A DNA stretch of 64,000 nucleotides from Oikopleura dioica (lineage: Eukaryota > Animalia > Chordata): assembly GCA_907165135.1 (NCBI GenBank), contig OU015568.1:9486001-9550000 (forward strand), written 5' to 3'. Positions 50,470 to 61,391 of this stretch are shown piece after piece. Every line of letters begins with the position of its first letter. Positions within the stretch are counted from its first letter, which is position 1. Position numbers and translations under genes: made by a program. Below the pieces are notes generated by a model. That model did not search any database. It saw only the letters and a program-made list of their open reading frames with translations, and was not told the DNA's origin.

Positions 50470-51883
50470 CTACCACGAGAGCTTGTCGAAAAGCTCGTAG
50501 TTTTTCTCCAGGTCCATGTTGAGCTCGAGTTTTGCCTCGCGACAGGCTAGTCGGGCGGCGCCATAGGCTGAGGTGACTTTTGGTCGGACGAGGGTTAACT
50601 CTTTTAACTTCGATGTCTTTTGTAGAACTAAAAAGGCCGGTTGTCTTCCTTGATTTTGCTTTCAAACTTACCATTTACAAAAAACTCTTTCATAAATCCC
50701 CACGACTTCCAAACCGAGCCAACGCAAATCACCACCGGTCCTCCTTTCTGCGAGATCATCTCCTCCGTCATATTGCGCTGAATGGCCACCACATGCTGAG
50801 CCAGCAGCCTACCGGCCTCAGCGAAGCATGACAGACTCAACTCATCGCCCTCCTTCGCGAGCATCGCGAGACTCTTGCAGAAGCCCGCGTAGTTTGATTT
50901 GTCGAATTTGGCGGCGTAGAAGACGTCCAACATTTGGCCCCGATCTTCGACGCCGAAGTAGTTTTTCATTTCCTCGAAGACGCGGTCGACTGGGTATTCG
51001 CATTCAATCAGATTGTCTTCGTGGTCAAACACAGTCTTCAGGGCCTAAAGGAGCTTTTTGAGTAAAGAACAAAAGGCACTGAATTGGTGAAGAATGCGGA
51101 TTTACAGATTGCTCAAACAATCTTCCACAATTCAGCGCACTACTGGGCGAACATCAATGAAGAACTCGTAAATCACTATTTGACGAATTCGACGCGGCAT
51201 TTGAAAACTTTTAAAGTAATTCGTAAAAGAATTCTACGTACGCGATGTGTAATGAAAAACGCGCTGCCCTCATCGCCGATAAAATGGCCCCAGCCGCCGC
51301 AGCGCGCCGGAGAAATCGTCGTTAATCAGTTGACAATTGCTGCCAGTACCGGCGATGAGGACGATGCCTCCGTTGGAGCATGTAAAGACCGAGCCATATG
51401 TATCGTCGTAAATTGAGATTTCTTTGAAGAGCTGGCCACAAGCATCCTGAAAACAGAAATTTTTCGGGCTAGAGTTAAATGGGAAAGTCCAGTCTTATTC
51501 GATATATTGGCCGAAAAATACCTGGAATACTGTACCTGGAGGTGCTCCTTGATTAAAACTTCCATCCCATCTTGCGCCCCTGAGATCGCTAATCCAACAC
51601 AGTCAAACTGCGTGCCTTCCGGAACATTAAGCTGGAGCCACAGTTTCTCTAGTAATTCCATCAACCTGTCGGTCAAAAGTTCGAGCCCGATGAGATGGAC
51701 ATTTGTTCCTTCGCCGATTTCCTCTGCGAGTTGTTTTCCATGCTCGTTAACTTAAAGATGCCCATCATTACTTTAGTTCTTAACGATTTCCTGTATAGGA
51801 AAAGAACAAAGAAGATGCCAGTATTTACCTACGATGGCTGTTGTATGGGTCCCGCCACCTTCAACTCCAACATACAAAGGCAT
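50470..51883 (-). CDS. NAGK: N-acetyl-D-glucosamine kinase; apparent 2-nt frameshift at about 51302-51307
   Basis: MPLYVGVEGGGT, GLAISG, GGIVLIAGTGSNC, CGGWGHFIGDEGSAF, FAEAGRLLAQHV, VICVGSVWKSW, SAYGAA. Confidence 0.9.
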
Positions 51884-52412
51884 CAAATAATCAACAAACA
51901 CGCCTCGGGCAAAAAGTACTTTTTTGATGTTCCAGTCAGCAGTAGAAAGACTCTGAAATCACGCGTCCAAATTTTTCAAGATACTTTTTTCAAAATTTTC
52001 TCCTTGTCAAAAAATCAAACGCAGACAGAAAAGAAACGAATTGTGGTAGAGTTTTTCTTTTATAGTCCGAAGCGCGGGGCGCCCTCTATCATAATTCATA
52101 AATGGTCATTTTTTAGATTTTCTTTTGCGTTCAGAGAAATTATTATTTTTGAAAGTCGTGCAAATATGCGAGTTTTTAATCCATCGAGATTTCATTCCAA
52201 AAATTTGAGGGATTCGAAAGATTTTTTAGATCGGAGATAATTTTTAGTTGACTGTAATAATAAAAAATATAACAAACAGGGAAAGGAAAAAGGATAAAAG
52301 ATTTGATACAGGCAAAGTCCGCACGAGAATGAAGAAAGGAGGCAGAAGTGATCGCTTTAGTAGTGAAGCAACTATGGCGGCCAAATTGATTTATTTTAGC
52401 TGAATTTGCTTT

Positions 52413-53640
52413 TCAGTATCGGTTGATGCCGAAAACGCGGACGCGATGGAATTGTGGGAGCTTGGGAAGTACACTTAATAACAGGGCGGCGGTGTTCCAC
52501 TGGAAGTGTTCGTACTCGTATTTGGTGTAGAAAGAAGCTAAAAAATGAGAAATTATGTAAGCTTGGAGGCTTGTTGGGACGACTTTTGATGGATGCTGAC
52601 GTCAGAAGAGGCAGTAAAATAAGCATAATAACAAACAAGATAGCTTCATGGCCTTTTCAAAGTTCCCTGTAGGAAATACCTACTAGGAATATTTTATAAG
52701 ACTAAATATCATGAATATTGATTTATACGGAGCTTTGCAATAAAATCAAGGAGGACTATCAGCGTTAAGATTCCAAAAAGAGTTCAAATATGCTCTGATC
52801 AAAAGTTTTGAAAACGAATAAATTGGCAATCAAATAGACGAATATTTCCATGACGTGTCTATTAAAAATCAAAGGCAAAGCATAAACGTTGAGTCCAATT
52901 TAATGGACAGTTAAAGATTCCCAAAAGCCACAAAACATTTAATGATCCCGAAGCCCCTGACGTCAGCGGCACTTTTATTCAGCATATTTTTGAGATTCAG
53001 AATTTATTGAATCAATTGATTCTGAAAACACTAATTCTCAATAATCACATGTAACTTACCGAGTAAATAGAGAACAATGGAGGCGGAGAGAAAGAATTTG
53101 CGTGCTTCGGTGAACTAGAATGACAGTTTTAAAGCGCCCTTCTGACAAGATTACGGCAAGGATTTGTACTTTTGTTGAATTATGAACAAAATGTGTTCTG
53201 CAGATTTAGTAATCATGCGTAGGTAAGCAAATTTAGTTCTTAGAAATTTTTTTCAAGCACTTTCTATAGGTAGAATAATTTTCTGACCTGCTCTTCGCCG
53301 TCCATTTGTTCCCATCCAGTCAAAAATCTACTGGATCCTTGATCTGTAGTGTGGAAAGGCGTTCCTTTGACGGAATGCATGAGCAGGTACATGAGAATCG
53401 AATGCACGACATTTGTTATTGTCCAGCACCACTCGACAGTGAGTACTTTCGCTCGTTGAAAATATAAAATGCTAATTATGAAGAAAACACTTCTACAATT
53501 CTCAACAATCCTGGAATGCAAAGAATAATGAAGTGAAGCAAGAGAACGACGAGGACGTAGGATATCCAAATGCCTCTTGAGTTCCAGACGTTTGTGTTTG
53601 GATTTGCGCAGCTGTGGGCCGTTCCGACTACTCCAGCCAT
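52413..53640 (-). CDS. ORMDL: ORM1-like sphingolipid biosynthesis regulator (4 exons)
   Basis: [67 protein letters not shown]. Confidence 0.92.
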
Positions 53641-53767
53641 TCTAGAGCTCGTTCTCAAAGTTCCTTGTTTAATTAGTCACTTGTTTATAATTTCCTAAAA
53701 GTTGATTGAACGGTTGTAAGTGGAAGTGAAGAAAGCAACGTGTGTGAGTGTATTGTTTTTCTCTTTA

Positions 53768-55197
53768 TCAGTTTTCTTTTTTCTTGGCGACTCCTGGCGC
53801 CAGTTTGTCACAGTAGTCGTACAGTCGGCTCTGTCCGCGAACCTCTGTGTCGAAGAGAGGCACTTTCGTTATGTGAAAATCGCAGTAAAGATCCTCAATT
53901 TGATCCAAGTACTTTTTCTGTAAACTAAAAGCTTGGGGTAAAAACGGGGAAAAAGCAGTGAAAGAAAACCTGGTTTGTGCTTTGCAAGTTTGGCAATTGT
54001 GGGCGTTCATTGTTGGCACAAGTCTATTCACGACGATATTTCTCGAATCAATACCAATATTTGCCAGTTCCTAGTCAAAAAAAAGGATGAAAAATTAAAC
54101 TTTGGTTCTTTTTGTTACCTGGATAAGGCGCTCGGTTTCGTACAGAGAGAGGAATTCAGCGATACACACGCATATGAAAGTACTCAAGTCCGGATTTGAG
54201 AATTCTTCTTTCATTTTTCGAACCGTAGGAAGAATGTCCCCGAGCTTTTCGGTGATAAAATCTGAGTTCAAGTCCAAGTTCAGCATTGACTAAAATATTG
54301 TTGCAACGAGAGAAGCAAGAAGCCTTTACATAAAGTCATATAGAATTGAATATAAGAACAAGGAAATGCACCTTGGCCATATTTAAAATGGGCCCAAATC
54401 CGCTATTTGAGGAGCCATCAAACATCCCCAAAATCTTGCCGATTCCATTCTCAACCGTTCCAGGGAAATTCAACAATCTGAGCGTATGTCCCGTCGGGGC
54501 TGTGTCAAAGATGACACAACTGTACTGCATGTCTGTAATGAGCTTCATAACCTCAGAAAAACTGACTGCTTCGTCAACGCCTGGCAAGGTTTGGGCAAAG
54601 TCCTGCATCATCTTTTTCATACCACTGTTTTCCGGGGTCATTTAAAATTAAGCAAGTAGAAATGTAATAAAAAGAGCCAGAAGTTATATGACCCAAAATT
54701 GTCAGCGACCATTTCTTCGGGCAGTCCCTCGACTCCTACATTTGGATCGATCTCCATCGCGAATAAGTTATCGAACCCGTTGACTTTTGTCGGAACCTTT
54801 GAAAATTTCTGGTCCTAAAAAGAGGCTTTGAAAGTCGGAACGGACAGAAAATACATACGAAAGAATCAGAAATATTGTGAGCTGGATCTGTTGAGATCAG
54901 CAACACTTTTTCTCGGACATGAGACATCTTTTAAAAGGGATAAATCATCGTTAGATCTTTCAAGAATAACGGAGTGACGCCCTTATTGTCTTGTAGCAAT
55001 ATAGATTTCGGAACTTGATCTTATTTCTATGATAAATTTATCCGTTCCAGAACTGCCAACGAGCAGGAAGTAGAAGTCTTCCCGACTCCACCTTTTCCTC
55101 CAACAAAAATCCACTTCAAACTCTCCTGTGTCAACACATTCATCAGCGTCGGTTCAAATTCAAAACTATCTTCAGCATCGTGAAACTCGTCCGCCAT
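53768..55197 (-). CDS. GET3: GET3/ASNA1 tail-anchored protein insertion ATPase
   Basis: [71 protein letters not shown], CxxC (CQTC), YLDQIEDLY. Confidence 0.95.
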
Positions 55198-56593
55198 TCT
55201 CTTTTCTTTAAATTTTTGAAATTTTAAGAAACGCTTTGGTTTTCAGTTTTCTATTGAATTCAATTGAGAAAAGAGGGTTTAGACTTTCGGCATTTTCTGC
55301 CGATTTTTCTGCGTTAATTTTTAAATTAATTTTTAGTTAATTATTGGGTGTGATTTGCTAGTCAATTATTATTTGATTGTAGATTGGTAAAGCTATCGGC
55401 AAAGACTGTTTTAAGACTATGGTCTAATAATACACGCCGCCGGTAGGAAAGAAATTCTCGCGTAAGAAAGGCTAGAAATGAACTTTTCGCAGTTTAAATT
55501 AATCATTTAACTCGACAGTTTAAACCAGTAAACAGCCGAAACTGCAAAAGAGAACGAGGAAAAAATATGAATCTGAGAATCACAGGAAGCGCTAAACACC
55601 CGGAAAGTCAGTAGTAAGCAAGGAAAATTTATAATAAATAAACGTGTGGTTGTATTGTGTGTTGTGGTCGTTTTGATTAGTTTTCGAAACGCCCCTCAGG
55701 GGTGAAATCAAACTCGAAATCGCCACGGCCATAATTCGCTACAGGAGGTTTGATAAAGGTGATAGAGTTTTAAAACTTTAAAGTAATAATAGGAATGTTG
55801 GCAGGCCAATTTTAATTTCATAGTTGTAAAATTTATAATTCTAGCAACTGGGATGGGCACATTTCTCTGGTTTCAGGGGTGGATGTTGGCTAAGATGGCT
55901 TTTGATTGGCCAAAACAACGAATACTTATGTCTAATTGGCTTAAGGCCCAAAGAACCCCATTTTTAAAAAGAAATGTGCCCACCCCAGCCAGCAGGGTGA
56001 TTATTAGTTGAACTAGAAAGTGGAATTTTCGATTTTGTCCGTCGTTTTTAGAAATCGTCGTAAAAAAGCGTTGGAAAACGAAAAAAAGGGATGAAATGTA
56101 GGAAAAAATAACGCAAGCTTCAAGCAAGGAAAGATAACAAAAAATTATGGCATGCACAGCATGGTGAGTATGGACTTACACGGGTCGACCGGTGAGTCGC
56201 TAGAGTGGGGGAGTTTTTTTATCAATTCGGAAGAATAAAGAAATAACCCTAAAGTTGGTGTAGAAAGTTAATGATCGACCTTTTGGTATTTTCAAAACAC
56301 CGAAATCTGATCATCAGCCAAGTGAAATAAAAAGAATAATACAACGCACAAAAATTTAAAATATAATTTTTGTGAAGTCATAATTCGGTCCTTTCTAAGG
56401 ACCAGAACTAGAATGATTACGTAACGTTTAATTTTTTGTAAAACAGGTTAGTAGCCAGCGACAGTTGAAATTGGAAAAAAAGACGAAGATTTTGAGTTTT
56501 CAAAATCTCCGAAATCGCAAGAATTTTCATCAAAATATCAAAAATGGCGAAGAATGTTTTTTTTTTCTCTTTGAACTTGGGAATTTTCGTCTT

Positions 56594-59500
56594 TTAGATT
56601 TTTTTATCTTTTGGAAAGAAGGCCACAGACTGAACTATATGATGATGCTGCTGAATGAGAATAAATTGAAATAGTAATAAAGTAAAGTTGTTAATTAAGT
56701 TTGAAAGTAAAGGTATCAAAAAAGTATAAAAAACGAGCTTCGAGAAGAAGGAAGATTTTCTTTCTTCTTTTATTTGTAAAACTCTAGTTCCAGTGCTCGT
56801 TCCAGCTGCTTGTTCGCCGGTGGAACGAATTACTCTTAAAAAATAGCTCAATTGGGATCAAGAAAGTGTCATTTTTTACCGATAAATGACCGGTAGATCC
56901 GTGGTCTGGCATCCTGAGTCCTCCAACAGAACTAAGATCATTGGACGAGGGAGATTCGAGCATCGTATTTTCGTGCGCTTGGGGATTCCAAGTTTCCATT
57001 TTTGTCGAATCGTTCCAGCCACTAGAAGTTGTCGGAGTAGACCACTCCAGATTATTCGAAGAGTCGTAATAGCTCCTAAAAACGGTTTGAAATTCAAACT
57101 TTGGATATCAAAAGAGAATTTTGAGGCTATAAACAAATGATCTTACTCTGATCCTTCCATTCCCGGTGGTGGAGGTGGTTTTACAGGTTGTTTATTGATG
57201 TGAAGCCTCCTAGCATAACGATCTACTTCCGGATCTCCTAGAAAATTAATAAAATTAAATTCGTAGGAAGTTTTACTGAACCTGTAGGAGGCAAATGAGG
57301 CGCCTGTCCATGTGGCAGCCGCGGCCACGAGTTTGGTTTTGAATAGTTGGACGAAACTGAGCCAAACTCGCCGCCGAGCTCATTGTCACGGTAGCAATCG
57401 CCAATGGGCGACAATTGCGTTTTATGAGTGTCCCCGAGTCGCGAGCTTTCGTTCAGGTGCGATTGAAACGAGTCCGAGCGGAATTGCATCGGCCCTAGAA
57501 TTTCGACGATTGTTAAATAATAAATGTATTTTTTCGATTACTTATCGGCTTCGGCCAGTGACGTCTTCCCTGAGCGAGACGTTCGGAAGAGCTAGCGTGC
57601 TCGTATCTCGCCTGCTGCTGCCCTGAAATAACAAAAAGTGAGCTTCAAAGCGGCATTGTGATATTTACTCTGTGGATGGAGAGGTTGCTTAATCACAGGT
57701 CGATGCGTCGATGTGGAACAGTGCGACTGCGAGTTCTCCGAGCGAATGCTGATGTCGGATGTCTGTCTCGATGGGCCCTTTGAATCCATTGAAATCAACG
57801 AGGACTTTGATCGAGAAATGCTCCCTGTCTTCGACAAGGAAGAGGAGAAATCGCCAGAGAGAAGTGAAGCCACGGTGCTCACATCGTTCCCGAGTCTGCA
57901 AGTTCAGTTTTGAGTCGCATCTTTGTAAAGAATTTATTACCTAGATCCTTGACGACGGGACAGACTTGGGTGTCTTTGTTTAAAGTCGGAAGAAGAAATG
58001 CTGAATTTGAACTTGCCGCAGAACTCGTGCGCGTGCTCGTCCATATTTTTCGAGGCAGAGAAGACGACTTCATAAGTTGCTTTGACAACTGCAATGGCGG
58101 ACTCTGGATTGAGCTCGCGCTGCAGATGTGAAACGCGCTGTGGATCTTCTTTGATCTGCCAGCGCGACGGAACTGAGACGAGCACTGTCTTGCCGTCGCT
58201 CCGCTCGAAGTGCTGTTGTTTGGTTATCGTCGCTTTGCCTATTTGAGGATAAAATAGAATTGAAAACATAGAGGACTCACCGCGACAGTCTTCCATTTTG
58301 GCGAAAGATACAAGGCCCAAATTGCCGAAAGCGACGCTCAACGCTGCTTTACAAAGTTGAACCCAACGAGATGGACTTTCAGGGATCATATAAGAGTAGA
58401 AAATATACACAAAAGAATTCTATGGCTTTGTAAATGGATGAAAGGGTTAAAATTAATGATGATCCCTAGCAAAGCTCGTTCAGAATTTTATTGGCAAGAC
58501 TTGCTCTCGCATCTTCAACGAGATTAGGGCTAATTGACTGGATTAAATTCTCCACAGCTCGTCGCTTGTGTTGCAACAGAGATCGAGATGACAGCTTTGG
58601 ATCTCCGTTTTTCGCTTTTGTCTTTGCGTAGCTCGGGAAAAAGACATTCGCTGAAGATGTTTTAGGATTTGAGAATGCATAGAAACGAACCGATTTCGAT
58701 TTGGATATCGGGAATTTCACGCTCGACGAAGTTGTTGTTCGTCTCTCGTAACACAAGAAGGGTGGTTTCAGGGTCACAACATCCGCTGAAGAGTTCTTTG
58801 AGAGATTCTGGTCGATAAGTCAGGAAACATGCCGGCATGATAAATTCGCTGACTTTTATTAATCTTCGTAATTGCTAAAAATGAGAACTATCGACGAGGT
58901 TAGTTTCGAAGACATTTACATTTAGATATGCGTCAAGTGCAACTTGAAAATTGTTGGTAAGTTTTTCTAGCGCAGAGTTTTTGGTGTTGGTGTTGGAGCA
59001 GTGCAGAGCATTAACGATGTCTGTCGGGCTGATGCCAGACTTGGCCCGAAGTCTGGCGGTTTGGCTTTTGATTGCCTCGCACATTTGAAGGCATTTATCA
59101 GATAAGGTGTACATTGAGTGTTCGCGCACGTGACAACTTGGTCGAGGCACTGTACTTTCCGTTCTCAAATTTGTCCATTGATAATTGAATTATCATAATT
59201 CAGAAAAATTTATGAAAAAAAGGATGAAAACGAGTTCCTGTATAATCGTCGCGCAGTTGCAAGTCATTCATCAGATTGCTCATCATATTTCCAGACCTTC
59301 CACCAGAGAAGGCCGGATTATGACGACGCATCGGGTCCATTCCCATGCTACTCAGATTCTGTTGATGATCAGCAGCTTGCTGGTCACGGAGAGTGGTTGG
59401 GTTAATTGTAGCGCTAGAAAATTAACCATTTATATCCATGGTTATAAACTTATATCGAAAGAAACAAGCCTTTGGAGTTCCAAATGTGAGAAGATGAAAG

Positions 59501-60200
59501 AAAGAGCTTGAAGTTACCTTAATTCGCTTTCTACAGATAACAAGGACCGTGAAATAAACTCAAGTTGTCGGAATGTTTCTTGCTTATTCGCCAGCTGCGC
59601 CGCTTGTTTGAGAGTATTGATGATTCCGTTGAAGCGGTTGACTTTCTCCTGCAGCATTTTTTCGCTGCAGTAGTATTGAATCCGGCTCAATGTTTGAAGA
59701 AAGTCGTTGAGCGAGCCCGAGTCCTCGGAGGTGGTCTTTTTGTACATGTATTCGAGACACTGGCCGAGCTCGTGATAGGTGTTCAATGGAGGATTGCGGG
59801 CGCGGACGAACTCGATGATCAACGAGTGCAGCCGCTGGATTGCTTGCTCGGAGATGATAGGTGTGGGGGATGGGGACAGGGAATGCACATGGGAAGGGAC
59901 GTGGTGGTGCGCGACGGGAGAATTGTGCGCCACTTGGTGGTTAACTTGCTGTGGTGCCGTGGGCGGGAGATTTAGGTTACTACTGCTGTGGTAGGATGAC
60001 GGGGAGAGGATTTGCGAGCCGTTGTGGCTATTTTCGTACACGGGGTAGCAGTTGTAGGAGGTCTCGGTCCCAGATAACGATCTAGTAAGAAATGTTAATT
60101 GAATTTGATCGTTCAGGAATTAAAAAAATCGTTATCTATTATTGTTTATTTGAAAAATACCTTCGATCGTGTTCATTGCCGATAAAATTGCGGCCATTCG
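56594..60200 (-). CDS. Uncharacterised large multi-exon protein (His/Pro-rich N-terminus, helical central domains, Ser-rich C-terminus); boundaries approximate
   Basis: Consecutive exon-like frames 59514..60041, 58875..59168, about 58470-58860, 57937..58410, 57592..57882 and 56784..56999, with GT-AG boundaries. Family not recognised. Confidence 0.5.
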
Positions 60201-61391
60201 TGCCGATCATTCTTGCGTCAACAACCAATGCTTGTCACTTACATATTCTAGTGGTCAATAAAGATTTATTTCTGTTATTTTTTCGGATATTTTTATGGGT
60301 TGGTCAAATAAGAAGAGTGGAACTTGAAAAACAGAATAGACAATTTACCAGTAGTATATTTATAGTACAAAAGAAAAAGTAGTAGAGTTTGGAAAAGAGA
60401 GAAAACAAACTTTCCCGCGAGTGGAAGTTTCGAAAGATGAAAGGTTTTTTGTTTGAAATATAATTACAACAATTGAAAAAAGGAAGAAGAATTTTTATCA
60501 TCAGAGCGCTTTCGGCTTAGATGTTAAAATAATAATAATAATGGATCGTTTTTGAAGAAATGAGGGAGGTGATTCGAGAGGAAAGAATGAAAAAATAAAA
60601 CGAGAAACAACATAGAAAGTAGTCAAGTAGTGTTACTTTAGGGAAAGTCTTCAGGGCAGCGCGAAGCTATTTTTTCTTCATTTTAAAAAGAATCGTTTTT
60701 TAAAAATTGTCAAGTTTCAAGCGGTAAGTAAGATTCAGAGAAATACGAAAAACGTACGAGTTTTTTCCTTTAGAAGGTATTTTTAATTTATGAATTTTAC
60801 AATCAGAAAGATAAGATTACGTGATGATGTTATTTCTTCTTGCACACAAAAAAGGGTGAAGGTAAGATTATTTTATTTGAAGGCATGTTTATCTTGCGAG
60901 ATTTAATGGAGAATAAAGCAAAATAAAACGGATTTCAAACCGCAAGTGAATCCTAAGAAAAGCCTTCGATAAAAGCTCTATTTCCATAAAAAGTCGCAAA
61001 ACTACCTCATCATCTGGCAGCATATTACTTGAAATGAGTTTTAATAGGAAAAGAACAAGCAACCTGGTAAATAGATCTCGACCACGATTTCTTTACATTT
61101 TTGGTCGACAAGAAGAAACAAATAACGGCAATTGTGAGAGGAAAGAAAGGAGTGAGATAATACCGGCGGATCGGATTTTTGATTAGGTTACTGTCATACA
61201 AATTGCATCAATAATTAAAATAGAGAGAAAAGAACAAATCAGACTGAGTTGCGTTGAAAATAGATACCATGTATTTTTTGGAGAATAATTTGGAAAAGCT
61301 GCTTTGCGGCCTTTTTTGTTGAAGAAAATATAGAATAATGAAATGAATCTAGTCTCTTTTACGCGTTCGTTTCAGTCTGTTTTATTTTATT

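Noticed and set aside
52396-52638. 80-aa minus-strand ORF with a signal-peptide-like start ([12 protein letters not shown])
   Set aside because: Another frame of the same DNA is the conserved last exon of ORMDL ([18 protein letters not shown]).
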